A DNA stretch of 42,960 bases from an uncultured Lachnospiraceae bacterium (lineage in GTDB: Bacteria > Bacillota > Clostridia > Lachnospirales > Lachnospiraceae). The stretch covers positions 1 to 42,960 of the forward strand of contig CANQYH010000001.1 in the NCBI GenBank assembly GCA_947628025.1, written 5' to 3'. Position 1 is the stretch's first letter, and each line of letters begins with the position of its first letter. Shown here piece after piece: positions 28,036-38,524 of the stretch. Under the pieces are notes generated by a model, which did no database searches, was not told the origin of the DNA, and saw nothing but the letters and a program-made list of their open reading frames with translations. The position numbers and the translations under genes were made by a program.

Positions 28036-31000
28036 ATGGCTAAGAACCTGCAAAAAAACATGTATGTCAGATGCCCGTTTGACAGAGAAAATCCCAAGGT
28101 ACCAAGAGATTTTATTACGGGACAGATAACCGGGCTGGATTCTATTGCAGACACTGCTATGGTGAAATTTATGGATCCTTTCAATTTCAGGGGATATTAT
28201 GCAGATGTTCCGGAGCAGTCTATAAACTGCCCGGTACAACTGCTTTCGCGTGTCAGCGTATATAAAAATAGTGATGTAGTTTATCACGGACAAAGATATT
28301 CTGTAGTTTCTGCTTCTTTTGAAGAGGGGTGGTACTATTATTATATTCAAAATAATCTGGGTAATGATTCCTTGCGTGTAAGAGAAGATGAAATTCTCAT
28401 TCCTTTTACTTCAGGAAAGGTTAGTCCGATCGAACAGCTTAAAAAGTATGAATTTCAAAACCCGGTATGGTATCTTGGCAGGTCTATAGTAAGCAGAACA
28501 ATGAGGATTCTTGAAAATTCTGTGTATGGTTTCAAGGAGCTCGCGGGATGCAAGATTTATCTGTTTCCACATCAGTTAAATACAATCATGCGCTGTCTGC
28601 AGGAAAGCACTTGTCGGTATATGCTTGCAGACGAAGTTGGCATGGGAAAGACTATTGAGGCAGCTTCAATTTTAAAAGTATATTTGTTGCATAATGCGAA
28701 CCAGAGTGTACTAATCGCGGTACCGCGGCCGCTGCTTGAACAGTGGAAGACGGAACTCTTTATAAAATTTGATATCGAACCGGGGATTGATAAGAAGAAT
28801 AATCTAATTCGACTTGTCGGTACGGATGAGATAGAGAAATACTGTCAAAATGACTGGGATATTGTCGTTGTGGATGAGGTCCATAAATTATTGAGCGACA
28901 AAACAAAATATGATCAATGCCATGAACTGAGCAGGCATTCCGAGAATATTATTCTGCTCTCGGCGACTCCGGTACAGCAGAAGGAAGAGCAGTACCTGAA
29001 CCTCCTAAGACTTATTCTGCCCGATAAGTACGATGGCGTTTCGAAAGATGATTTTGTTGAACAGGTCGGAAAACAAAAGAAGATAACAAGAACTATGTAC
29101 AATATTCTTGCGGATCTGGATGATCTCACAGAATGCATGGAAATGGCCGCGGAAAAGGGAATTATTTATTGTGAGGACGAAGACTGTGAATCTATCTATG
29201 AAGATCTGCTAGATGGTCTTGATGATATAAAAGAGTTGATAAAAGACGAGTTTTTAAACGAATTTTTCGGTGAGATCGATAAGAAATGTTCCGATAAGGG
29301 CAAAGCTCTGATCCAGGAGGTGGTGGTTTATGTCTGCGACAATTATCAGCTGGAAAGAAATATCATTAGGAATCGCAGGAGGCTGATTTCAACCGACATG
29401 GCAAAGCGGGATGTGCTTGATATTTCATATTTGCTTGATCCCGAAAGAAACACATACGAAGCGGCTACATATGAGGCGATTATTGATTGGGTGACTGGGC
29501 AGGAACTAACGATCGGAGAGTTTGCAAAATATTATATTCCTCTGATTGAAGCTTTCTTCAGTTCTCCATGGGCTTTTTCAGCTGAATTGAAAAAACAGAA
29601 GAAACTGGGGCTGACTGTTTCTGAAGTGGTCGAAACGCAGGTAGCGGAATGGCTTAGGGAAGAAGATGAAATCATAGGAAATATAGAATCCGTATTAGAT
29701 GAGCCATATAACTATTCGAATCGGATAGTTAGTACGGTAGACTATATTGATCAGGAGACAGAAAACAAAAAGGTCGTCGTCTTTACAAATTATGCAGAGA
29801 CTTTTAAGAAATATGAATACGTCCTTAAACTATATTTTGGAGAAAATACCATCTCTGTTTTTAATAAATCGATGTCTTCGGATGATCTGGAACTTAATAT
29901 TTACAGGTTTCAGAATGACGGGGATTGTAAGATACTGATCTGCGATGAGACTGGAGGAGAGGGCAGAAATCTTCAGATTGCGGATATTGTAATTCATGTA
30001 GATCTTCCGTGGGATGCGAATGCTATAGAACAGCGGATAGGAAGACTAGATCGACTCGGCAGAGACCCCAGTAAAACGATCCTTTCTATAGTTGTGCATA
30101 CAGAGGACACATTGGAGGATGAACTTTTTCGTTTCTGGAAAGAGGGACTTAAGGTATTCACACAGTCTTTAAGCGGCCTGGAAATTATAATGAATGATAT
30201 CAATGAAAGTATCATTTCTGCGGTCATGCATGACTTTAGATATGGTGTTTCGGGCGCTATAGAAAAAGTTGTTCAGGCTTCGCAGAAGATGGAAAAGGAT
30301 GTCAGGGAAGAACAGCTGTTTGATGCCGCGTCTTTTATATATGGATCTTTAAATCAGCAGTTGAAAGTGACGCTGGAAAAATATCACAGCAGTGAGAATC
30401 AGCTGTTCACCGATTCCATGATGGGGTGGGCCGCCCTTGCTGGTTTTAAAGGAGAAGCTACCCAAAAGGGAACGATCCGCTTTAATGAAAAATCATTTTC
30501 TATTGGTTCAGCGGTTAAATCCATGTTTATACCTCCGTTATGGGAAGATTACATCAATAAGAACTCTTCAAAGTTTTCCAGAAAAGTACAGGAACTGTAT
30601 GAAACAAAACAGGGGCGGAGACAAACCAATAACGCGAGAACTCTGGAAGGAACTTTCGACAGGCAAATGGCAATAGAGAATGATTATCTTCATTTCTTTG
30701 CACCGGGGGATGAGGTATTTGACAGTATTGTTAATAATGCGTTGAGATCCGATAAAGGACAGTGTGCTGCTTTGATGTTTGAAAGTGATTTTACCTGGAA
30801 AGGTTTTGCTTTTACCCTTGCGTTGGAACCCAATATTCAATTGCTTCTGGAAAATAATGTGCCAGTTACCGCAATCGGAAGATTTAAGAATTACATAACA
30901 ATGGATCAAATCGTTGTTCCGGTAGCTTTTGACGCTTATTCAGATGTTTCAGCCGATAAAGTTATTTCTCAGCTGGAAGAACTATCTAGCTTGCCTGTTT

Positions 31001-31401
31001 CAAAACAGAGCGGTGCGGTAGTGCATTTGGGAAGAAGAAAAGCCGAACGGGATTTTCTGAATATCAAGGACAGATATCGCTGTTCAAACCTTGAATGGTT
31101 TACCAGTCAGTTCCCGGAAGAAGTATGGGAAAAATATGTTGAGACAGCAAGAAAAAAGGCGATAGATACGGCAAAAGCCAGATTCAGGAAGTCATCAAGC
31201 TTAAAAAGCGCAAAACGAGAGATTGACAGGATGATGAATGCTTCTATAGCAAAGACATGTTATTTTGGAAGCGAACCAGAAGAGCTTGATAAGATCCGCG
31301 ACCAGTATATGTTGATAATAAGGGCATTGCAGTCATCACACATTGTGGTCGAGTCAGCTGCTTTTATATGGATGGTGAACGCAAATGACAGGCAGGATTG
31401 A
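28036..31401 (+). CDS. dpdE: SNF2/RapA-like SF2 helicase, DpdE-like
   Basis: LFPHQL, RYMLADEVGMGKTIEA, VVDEVH, LLSATP, ICDETGGEGRNLQ and DLPWDANAIEQRIGRLDR. First gene of a five-gene run in dpdEFGHI order. SNF2 call is firm; the dpdE name is inferred from context. Confidence 0.7.
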   Translation: MAKNLQKNMYVRCPFDRENPKVPRDFITGQITGLDSIADTAMVKFMDPFNFRGYYADVPEQSINCPVQLLSRVSVYKNSDVVYHGQRYSVVSASFEEGWYYYYIQNNLGNDSLRVREDEILIPFTSGKVSPIEQLKKYEFQNPVWYLGRSIVSRTMRILENSVYGFKELAGCKIYLFPHQLNTIMRCLQESTCRYMLADEVGMGKTIEAASILKVYLLHNANQSVLIAVPRPLLEQWKTELFIKFDIEPGIDKKNNLIRLVGTDEIEKYCQNDWDIVVVDEVHKLLSDKTKYDQCHELSRHSENIILLSATPVQQKEEQYLNLLRLILPDKYDGVSKDDFVEQVGKQKKITRTMYNILADLDDLTECMEMAAEKGIIYCEDEDCESIYEDLLDGLDDIKELIKDEFLNEFFGEIDKKCSDKGKALIQEVVVYVCDNYQLERNIIRNRRRLISTDMAKRDVLDISYLLDPERNTYEAATYEAIIDWVTGQELTIGEFAKYYIPLIEAFFSSPWAFSAELKKQKKLGLTVSEVVETQVAEWLREEDEIIGNIESVLDEPYNYSNRIVSTVDYIDQETENKKVVVFTNYAETFKKYEYVLKLYFGENTISVFNKSMSSDDLELNIYRFQNDGDCKILICDETGGEGRNLQIADIVIHVDLPWDANAIEQRIGRLDRLGRDPSKTILSIVVHTEDTLEDELFRFWKEGLKVFTQSLSGLEIIMNDINESIISAVMHDFRYGVSGAIEKVVQASQKMEKDVREEQLFDAASFIYGSLNQQLKVTLEKYHSSENQLFTDSMMGWAALAGFKGEATQKGTIRFNEKSFSIGSAVKSMFIPPLWEDYINKNSSKFSRKVQELYETKQGRRQTNNARTLEGTFDRQMAIENDYLHFFAPGDEVFDSIVNNALRSDKGQCAALMFESDFTWKGFAFTLALEPNIQLLLENNVPVTAIGRFKNYITMDQIVVPVAFDAYSDVSADKVISQLEELSSLPVSKQSGAVVHLGRRKAERDFLNIKDRYRCSNLEWFTSQFPEEVWEKYVETARKKAIDTAKARFRKSSSLKSAKREIDRMMNASIAKTCYFGSEPEELDKIRDQYMLIIRALQSSHIVVESAAFIWMVNANDRQD

Positions 31402-33856
31402 AGCGGCTGTCCAAAAACAGATGGATGGCATACAGGATTTTCATATGGGAGATCATGAAGCCGATTGTGAAACATCTCTTGAGCGTTACAAATTGAGATG
31501 TGCTGACAGGCTCTGCAAATATGTCAGGAAATATCGGCGCGGACAGATTGGCGTAAATGATGTACTCGTTTCGCTAAGGACATATTTGCTGACGTATCAG
31601 GCAGATTTGTATCTGCCTGGAGATATAGATATATCTGAAAATTCATTTGGCTTGAAGATAGATGGCCATGAAAAATGCTATGCGACCATGGGATTGCCGG
31701 ATTATCTTAATGAAAAAATAGTAGAGCAGGCATTTATGCGAGGTGAAATATCAGAGGATAAACAGGATGAAGCATTTTTAGGGGTCAGCCCTAATATTTT
31801 TCGGATCACTGGGTTCAAATATTTTAAAAACCTTTCACAGAAGATCGCGGTGACTGGCGCATTAAATATGCCAGAGGGATACACTGCGCTTATTTCACTT
31901 CCAACGGGCGGAGGAAAGAGCCTTATTACGCAGGCTATGGCTTATCAGAAAGACGCAGGTCTTACTATTGTCGTGGTTCCAACAGTTTCCCTGGCGTTGG
32001 ATCAGGAACGCGTTGCAAGAGAAATTATCAAGGTGGCAAATTTACAAGAAATATATTGCTATTATGGGGATCCTCAATGCGATAAGGCTGCCATTTATAA
32101 CGGCTTGACAAATAAAAAACTGAGATTATTATTTATCTCTCCGGAGGCGCTTATCAAAAATGAGTATCTCAGAAAGCTGATCGATGATGCGAATAAGACT
32201 GGATATCTCAGGAATATCATTATTGATGAGGCTCATATAGTTATTGAGTGGGGAAACTTTTTCAGAATGGATTACCAATGCCTGGAGCCGTGGAGAAACG
32301 CTCTTTTGCATGATAATGATAAGCTTCGTACGGTATTACTGTCTGCAACCTTTGAGAAAACGACGGTTAACATGTTAAAGGAAATGTTTTCAGAAAAGGG
32401 GAAATGGCTGGAGATCCGATGTGATGCCTTAAGAAAAGAGCCAAGGTTTAATCTGATTAAGGCAAAATCATATACAGATAAAAGAAGAAAACTTGCTGAG
32501 CTGCTGAATGTGCTTCCGAGGCCCATGATAGTTTACGTTACATCGCCGGATCAGGCAGAGGGCATTAAGAAATTGGCTATAGAAAAAGGGTTTCAAAATG
32601 TAGTGACGTTTACCGGAGCGACAAAAGGCGGAATGCGAAAGAAGATCATTGATGAATGGTCAAACAATGAGTACGATTTGATCGTTGCAACTTCGGCGTT
32701 CGGGGTCGGGGTTGATAAATCGGATGTGAGAACAGTGCTGCATATGTATGTTCCGGAGAATGCTAATAAGTATTATCAGGAACTTGGACGCGGCGGCAGA
32801 GATGGACTGCCAAGTTTGAGCGTAATGTGCGTTTATCCGCAGGAAGATCTTGATTCCGCTTTTTATTTAACGACTAAAGTTTTGAGTACAAAAAAGATAG
32901 TCGGCAGGTGGAACAGTATGCTGAACAGTCTTTCTTCGAAACGATATCTGGATACATATGCGCTGGATACATCTGTAAAACCGAATTATAGTGATACTGA
33001 CTATGCAGAGGATGCAAATATCGCGGACATAAAGTGGAATATTTATGTGATTCTGCTTTTAAGAAGAAAGGGATTAATTAATATATTAGAGATGTTTGTT
33101 GATCCGGGTACCGAGAAGTATGTGATCAGGGTGAGGATCAACAATGATCTGCTTTTAAAGAACAATTCTGCGATGGCAGATCTGATTAATCAGATACGTG
33201 ATGAAGAATGGGCCAAGAATGAAGCCGATTTCAGAGTGATGAGCAATGCTGTATATGCTGGAGAAACGAAATGTTGGTCTGAGATGTTTTTCGATACATA
33301 TAGTCTTGTTTCCGCTTACTGTGCCGGCTGCGGAAATCATCAGTATGTGATAGAGGAAGAGAAAAACAGATTTAAATTATTGAAACGCGTATCAGAACCG
33401 GTTCAAGCGATAAGTCCTGAAGCAGATAAATTATTCGGGACAGCGCGGGAAGCCATATTGCTTGCGAACCTGTATAATTACGATCTGATAGCAAAGATGA
33501 TAGACAGGGGATTTCGGGCTATCGTGATAGATGACACTTGTACGGCAGAATATATTGATCTGCTGCTCAACATGAACAGCAAGAGTGATATCAATTTTAT
33601 GGGGATCACTGAGTACACGAAGATGCTTCAAATGCAGGATTACTACTATGTATCTGGCGCGGCGATTGTGATATATGGAAAGAACATGACAAACATTTAT
33701 AAAAAGTTGTCCAGGATCAGGACCCTGTCGCTCAGGTGCAATGTAAAGCTGCTGCATATTTTCGAGAAAAATCTGTTCTTCAGCGAGACTGGAAAGGATG
33801 CAGTTTCATTAATAGACGGTCCTGTTTTGGAAGAAATAGACATGGAAAGGATGTAA
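31385..33856 (+). CDS. dpdF: RecQ-like DEAH helicase, DpdF-like
   Basis: LPTGGGKS, VVVPTVSLALDQ, ISPE, IIDEAH..WGNFFR, LLSAT, VATSAFGVGVDKSDVR, YYQELGRGGRDG and later CAGC. Overlaps the SNF2 gene by 17 nt. Confidence 0.72.
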   Translation: MTGRIEAAVQKQMDGIQDFHMGDHEADCETSLERYKLRCADRLCKYVRKYRRGQIGVNDVLVSLRTYLLTYQADLYLPGDIDISENSFGLKIDGHEKCYATMGLPDYLNEKIVEQAFMRGEISEDKQDEAFLGVSPNIFRITGFKYFKNLSQKIAVTGALNMPEGYTALISLPTGGGKSLITQAMAYQKDAGLTIVVVPTVSLALDQERVAREIIKVANLQEIYCYYGDPQCDKAAIYNGLTNKKLRLLFISPEALIKNEYLRKLIDDANKTGYLRNIIIDEAHIVIEWGNFFRMDYQCLEPWRNALLHDNDKLRTVLLSATFEKTTVNMLKEMFSEKGKWLEIRCDALRKEPRFNLIKAKSYTDKRRKLAELLNVLPRPMIVYVTSPDQAEGIKKLAIEKGFQNVVTFTGATKGGMRKKIIDEWSNNEYDLIVATSAFGVGVDKSDVRTVLHMYVPENANKYYQELGRGGRDGLPSLSVMCVYPQEDLDSAFYLTTKVLSTKKIVGRWNSMLNSLSSKRYLDTYALDTSVKPNYSDTDYAEDANIADIKWNIYVILLLRRKGLINILEMFVDPGTEKYVIRVRINNDLLLKNNSAMADLINQIRDEEWAKNEADFRVMSNAVYAGETKCWSEMFFDTYSLVSAYCAGCGNHQYVIEEEKNRFKLLKRVSEPVQAISPEADKLFGTAREAILLANLYNYDLIAKMIDRGFRAIVIDDTCTAEYIDLLLNMNSKSDINFMGITEYTKMLQMQDYYYVSGAAIVIYGKNMTNIYKKLSRIRTLSLRCNVKLLHIFEKNLFFSETGKDAVSLIDGPVLEEIDMERM

Positions 33857-33859
33857 GAA

Positions 33860-34666
33860 ATGTTCGCAGATAAAATGAAACATGAAGCAATACCGGAGAG
33901 GGTTTTCGCTTTGTGTGAACTTGTGAAGAATAAACCCTGGAATGAAAGTGACGCAAAAGAATATTTTGAACCCTCTGCGCTGAAAGGATCGCCTTATTTC
34001 CCGATGGTCAGAGACGCTGCATCGCAGTATCAGCTGGGGCTTGTTAATGTCACGGATAAGAAGATTGAACTGGCGGTTGACAAAAGTGTTGTCGCTTCCA
34101 TGGAAACGATGAGAAAATACATCATCAAGCATATTAGCGTAATAAAAAACGGGTTGTTTTATGAGACCTCGCAGGCGTACTTTGACCTAAATGAAAAAGT
34201 CTATGAATATGGCAGTGTGACAGAACAGGATTTGATGGATGCGCTGCAAAAGAATATGTCAAGAAAACTGGATGTTGACGACATGAGAGCCTGGCGATTT
34301 TGGGCGGCATACCTGGGTTTCGGTCATCTTGCCAGGTCTGCTACAAATCAACCACAGATGAATTTTCTCCCGAATTTGTACAGGTATCTACAGGCAGCCA
34401 TTGAGGTTTCTTCGTTGGAGAGAGGGAAAGAATACCGCTTTGATGACTTCATCAGAGCAATCCAGCTAAGCTGTGATATTGCCATGAAAGATGCTCTTAC
34501 TTCAAGAAGACTGAATATGGCCATGTCATACGGATTGAGGATGATGCATGATAATGGAGAGATTGAGCTGAGATATCAGCTGGATAATAAAAACCTTTGG
34601 TATTTATATCCTGCCGACCTTCATGCCATTCGTTCTGAAGTTTCGCATATAACGATAAGGAGGTAA
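33860..34666 (+). CDS. dpdG: Hypothetical protein in the DpdG position
   Basis: 268 aa between the RecQ-like helicase and the ATPase; WRFWAAYLGFG and LNMAMSYGLRMMHDNGEIEL suggest a winged-helix-like DpdG pattern. Name mostly positional. Confidence 0.55.
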   Translation: MFADKMKHEAIPERVFALCELVKNKPWNESDAKEYFEPSALKGSPYFPMVRDAASQYQLGLVNVTDKKIELAVDKSVVASMETMRKYIIKHISVIKNGLFYETSQAYFDLNEKVYEYGSVTEQDLMDALQKNMSRKLDVDDMRAWRFWAAYLGFGHLARSATNQPQMNFLPNLYRYLQAAIEVSSLERGKEYRFDDFIRAIQLSCDIAMKDALTSRRLNMAMSYGLRMMHDNGEIELRYQLDNKNLWYLYPADLHAIRSEVSHITIRR

Positions 34667-34669
34667 CGC

Positions 34670-37600
34670 ATGGATTCTCAAGTTGCAAAGAAGAGAATAG
34701 GGGATGTGATCAGAGTTGATACGATTACAAGCTCGCAGGCGGATTTTCTGGCTACACATGTCCAGGTTAAGAATATTCAGCTAACGAAAAGCTATGATGG
34801 CAAAGTACTGAAAACACTTACGGAACAGGAAGCTTTTACGAAATATGTTCTCAATCCCAAAGACGAACACCAGCTCATACTTGTAGTAGGCCTTTCAGGT
34901 ACAGGAAAATCTCATCTGATCAGGTGGTTTTCGACAAAATTGGAAAGAGATCATTCTGAGAATGAGGTGGTTCTGTTTATCAGACGAAGCGACAATAGCC
35001 TGAAAGGAACGATAAAGCAGCTATTGGCCTTGGATGAAGTGGCTCATATTCCCAATAAGGAGGTGTATGAGCGGCTGATAAGAGCTACTACGGTTATTGA
35101 CGATAAGAAGCTGAAAGATTTGATTTATCAGAACTTTATTGTCGAGATCAACAATGATGAAAACGATGAAATTCTGACACGTCATAAGAAGAGACGTCTG
35201 ATCGCACTGCTTCAGAATGAATCGTTTCAAAACAGACTGTTGGAAGACGATAAGGCGATAGACAGGATATATCAGAAAGTTGCGCAGGGAAAAGGTATAG
35301 ATAACAGGGATGTGATTGCCCTGTTTGACGCTGCGGACTTTTATGTTGATGCTGAGTTTTGTGAGGACTTGATTCGGGACGAAGCAGATAAAAATGCGCG
35401 TACTATGGCTACAAGCCTTGTAGGTGATGCGGAGCTTGCCAACCAGATCGCAAGCTACATGAATACTCTTGTTAATAACGTTATTCAGACTTGTGCAGGA
35501 CTGGAACCCGGAGACTTTGAAGAGGTATTCAAAGAAATTCGTAAAGAACTTAAGCGACAAGGGAAATCGCTAACGTTGCTCATAGAGGATATTACCGCCT
35601 TTACCGGAGTTAACGTGGCATTGCTGAATGTTATTTCGCTGCCGAATACCGGTATGTATGATGATCTGTGCAGGATATCATCCATTATCGGAACGACTAC
35701 GGCATATTTTGAAGATGTGTTCCCGGCTAATTATCGGGACCGTGTTACAAACTACATGAGGATATCCGATGAAGCTTTTGGAGCCGATAATAATTCGCTT
35801 TATGAATTTGTCGGTAAATACCTAAATGCGATGTCCCTTTCTACCGCGGCACTTGATGAATGGCTTGAGTACGGCAGTCAGATAGATCAATTCCCTGTGC
35901 ATACGGATAAAGAAGGGAAAGAATGGGAGAGAGTTTCAATTGCAAAGGATAAATCGTTGAATCTATTCCCGTTTACAAGAACTTCTATAATAAAACTGTT
36001 TTCTCTGCTGCCGGAGCATCAGCAGACGCCGCGATATCTGTTGAGAGATGTTGTTGAACGAGTGGTCAGAAATTATTTATCCGCGCCGAATAAATTTCCG
36101 TGCCTTAGTATTGACAGGCTTGAAAATTATCCCTGGGAAATGAAAAACCAGATTGACCATCGAGCAAGACTCATGCAGTTTGTGAGCGGTTCCGAATTTG
36201 ACCGTATGGATCTATTCATACGTATATGGGGCGATGCTAACCTTTTGTCATACACAAGTGAAGATGGAAAGAAATATATCGGAGGCATTCCGGAAACTGC
36301 TTATAAGGAATTTGGAATGACGAGGATAGATGGTCTTGAAAGCGGGAAAGCGCCAGCTCAGTTAAGCGATGGAAGCGGAGCGTTGCCAGGCGGACTATCT
36401 TCAAGCCAGCGAGGGGCAGCCAGTGGGAGCGCAGACTTTGAAAAGCCGAAAAAGTCTGAAGTAAACCCAGAACAAGTGGCTTTTCAGCTGGGAATACAAA
36501 CCATCTATAAGTGGATACAGGGAGGAAGTCTGAATTTTGATAGTACGAAAAAAGATGCCAAGATGATGCAGCAGGCGCGTGATGAGATGAACCGATACAT
36601 ATATAATGCGATCAACTGGCAGATTGAAGGCGTGTCTGTAGACAATATATCAAAATTTACCAGCAGAGATTTTGTTGAATTTGAGAGACAGTCTAAAAAG
36701 GTTGGAAAATCTCTGCTGACACTGCCTGCGAATCAGGAAACGCAAAGCGTGCTGGAAGCGTTTGTTGCGTTCGTTACTTTGGGGGATGGAAAAACATGGA
36801 ATTTTGAGGGCGGAGCATGGCGCCAGTACCAGGTTCAGCTATGGTTTGAAAGGATCAAGCCTCAGATCATTGAAAAAGTGAAAACCTTTAACGGATTGAA
36901 TGTTGATTATCAGGTGTGCGCGATATCTGCTGAGATGATCCGTGAGATCGTCTTTGGGCAATACAAAGGAACCACGATAGAAGGAATGTCTGAGCCTTTA
37001 TTGTGGGAAACCACGTTAAAGGGGGTACCATTATCCACGGCACATTCCAAAGAGTGGGTTTCTTTGATGTCAAGCCTGCGTGAAAATGACAGGCGGATAA
37101 AAGATACTATCTTAGACTACTACAATATTGTACAGGGTACCGGCGGAAGAAATAAGTTCCTTAATCGTGCTGCGCTTTCCGCGGACTTTCGGAAAATTCG
37201 GAAGAGAAGGCTGCATATCGATGAGAGCATATTATTTGAAAGAGACCCATTTAAGCCTCGGCAGGATATAAGAGCTGTTTTCCGGGATCTTTACGGGAAA
37301 CTGGGGCGCGTGAGCGAAGCCGAGAAAACACTGGCTATTTCTAAGCTGGCAGAACTGGGCAAATTTATAGATTGTGAAGAGATAGACGAGGACGATCTAA
37401 TGGAACTCGTCGATGAGATCACCAGCTTTTATGATACAGCGAATAAATCGCAGGTGAATGTAAAATATGATATAGCTATGATCGACGCGGTAAAAAAAGA
37501 TGTCGTTCCGATTGCAAACGCAATTTCGAATGTCCAGAAGGCAGTGCTGCTTGAAGACGCTCTGGATATTCTGATGGCCTTTTCTCAGGATCCCCTGGCA

Positions 37601-37783
37601 AGAGTGGCCAGGCTGTTAGAATTACTGACAAAGGTTTCCAATGATATTGCTTATGTCGCCAGAGACGTAGAGAAAAGAAGGGGAAATCTGGCGCAGAATA
37701 CCAGTATTGGCGAGAGCCGCTATTTTCAACAGAATGCAATCATCAGCAGCGATTACGAGATAGTGAATGGATGGGAGGCATAA
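34670..37783 (+). CDS. dpdH: Large P-loop ATPase, DpdH-like
   Basis: FLATH, Walker A VGLSGTGKSHLIRW, Walker B LTLLIEDITAFTGV, FVGKYLNA and LFPFT..TPRYLLR, a pattern I recognise from DpdH proteins; 1037 aa. Confidence 0.7.
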   Translation: MDSQVAKKRIGDVIRVDTITSSQADFLATHVQVKNIQLTKSYDGKVLKTLTEQEAFTKYVLNPKDEHQLILVVGLSGTGKSHLIRWFSTKLERDHSENEVVLFIRRSDNSLKGTIKQLLALDEVAHIPNKEVYERLIRATTVIDDKKLKDLIYQNFIVEINNDENDEILTRHKKRRLIALLQNESFQNRLLEDDKAIDRIYQKVAQGKGIDNRDVIALFDAADFYVDAEFCEDLIRDEADKNARTMATSLVGDAELANQIASYMNTLVNNVIQTCAGLEPGDFEEVFKEIRKELKRQGKSLTLLIEDITAFTGVNVALLNVISLPNTGMYDDLCRISSIIGTTTAYFEDVFPANYRDRVTNYMRISDEAFGADNNSLYEFVGKYLNAMSLSTAALDEWLEYGSQIDQFPVHTDKEGKEWERVSIAKDKSLNLFPFTRTSIIKLFSLLPEHQQTPRYLLRDVVERVVRNYLSAPNKFPCLSIDRLENYPWEMKNQIDHRARLMQFVSGSEFDRMDLFIRIWGDANLLSYTSEDGKKYIGGIPETAYKEFGMTRIDGLESGKAPAQLSDGSGALPGGLSSSQRGAASGSADFEKPKKSEVNPEQVAFQLGIQTIYKWIQGGSLNFDSTKKDAKMMQQARDEMNRYIYNAINWQIEGVSVDNISKFTSRDFVEFERQSKKVGKSLLTLPANQETQSVLEAFVAFVTLGDGKTWNFEGGAWRQYQVQLWFERIKPQIIEKVKTFNGLNVDYQVCAISAEMIREIVFGQYKGTTIEGMSEPLLWETTLKGVPLSTAHSKEWVSLMSSLRENDRRIKDTILDYYNIVQGTGGRNKFLNRAALSADFRKIRKRRLHIDESILFERDPFKPRQDIRAVFRDLYGKLGRVSEAEKTLAISKLAELGKFIDCEEIDEDDLMELVDEITSFYDTANKSQVNVKYDIAMIDAVKKDVVPIANAISNVQKAVLLEDALDILMAFSQDPLARVARLLELLTKVSNDIAYVARDVEKRRGNLAQNTSIGESRYFQQNAIISSDYEIVNGWEA

Positions 37784-37785
37784 GT

Positions 37786-38448
37786 GTGCTGTTAGACGAT
37801 ATTCAAAAAAGTATAGCTGATATGAAAGAGATACAGCAGCTGGAACAGGCTGCAAAAGATTCTCAGATGCAGGATAAAGCAGACAAATTGTATTCATCTG
37901 TAGTTTATGAAAATCATAAAGTTATCATCTGCCTGGACGAAGCGCGCAAGTATCTGCAGTTTGCGCCGTCTGATGCGCTGATAGAACAGATAGAGAATTT
38001 GTTTGCCATTTTTCCAGATTGTATTAGCACTGGGCTTGTGCAGGAGCACAAGGCAAAGATTCTGTCTTCAACTATTAAAGCGCTGAAAGATTCCATAAAT
38101 GAAGAATGGAAAGCTTTTTATGAAAGAATAACCGGCAAAAGGATCCGAAAATTAACTGTAGTACAAAGTATAACTCCGGATAAGACTAAGACAAAGTATG
38201 CTATTGCGAAGATTAAAAGTGGCTCTATCCTCAATTATGATGACAACGGAAATCTGAGATTATTTGCGGACGGTATAAAAGAGGCAGATGCTATTTTGGA
38301 AAGTCTTGAACTTACAGATGAGATTCTTGGATTTCTGGATAAGGTGTTCGAAAGAAAAGCAACCATTTTGGATCTTACGGAAGCGGTTGGGGACTGGATT
38401 TACGATGAGGGTTTGATGACGAAATTTTATGTCAGATTTGAAATCTGA
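37786..38448 (+). CDS. dpdI: Helical hypothetical protein in the DpdI position
   Basis: GTG 37786 after GGAGG. C-terminus EILGFLDKV..ATILDLTEAVGDWI..GLMTKFYV resembles DpdI-type ends. Last gene of the operon. Confidence 0.55.
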   Translation: MLLDDIQKSIADMKEIQQLEQAAKDSQMQDKADKLYSSVVYENHKVIICLDEARKYLQFAPSDALIEQIENLFAIFPDCISTGLVQEHKAKILSSTIKALKDSINEEWKAFYERITGKRIRKLTVVQSITPDKTKTKYAIAKIKSGSILNYDDNGNLRLFADGIKEADAILESLELTDEILGFLDKVFERKATILDLTEAVGDWIYDEGLMTKFYVRFEI

Positions 38449-38501
38449 GTTTAATCCGTATGGAATGTTCAGCGTACCATTGATAAATTAATTGAAATGC
38501 G

Positions 38502-38524
38502 TCTGACCGCTGTGGCAGATTTTT
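38502..38524 (+). terminator. Weak candidate terminator closing the defence operon
   Basis: TCTG(A)CC-GCTGT-GGCAGA followed by TTTTT; short stem with a bulge. Confidence 0.3.

Larger units (their letters stand above)
16250..38450. mobile_element. Low-GC defence island downstream of rlmD; boundaries approximate, no integrase or att repeat found
   Basis: Sharp shift to AT-richer sequence (judged by eye), all genes co-oriented, truncated genes at both flanks, position next to rlmD/rumA. Confidence 0.7.

Noticed and set aside
28036-33856. DISARM, BREX or housekeeping RapA/RecQ assignments for the two SF2 helicases
   Set aside because: No DNA methyltransferase, DUF1998, PLD or PglZ is present. 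The RecQ-like protein has no recognisable HRDC end, and both genes sit in a coupled low-GC operon in dpdEFGHI order.
34670-37783. DndH/DptH or PbeC (HerA/FtsK-like) assignment for the large ATPase
   Set aside because: Walker A lies near the N-terminus with a GKSHLIRW / LLIED pattern, unlike the C-terminal HerA-type domain of DndH. No DndF/DndG-like neighbours were recognised.
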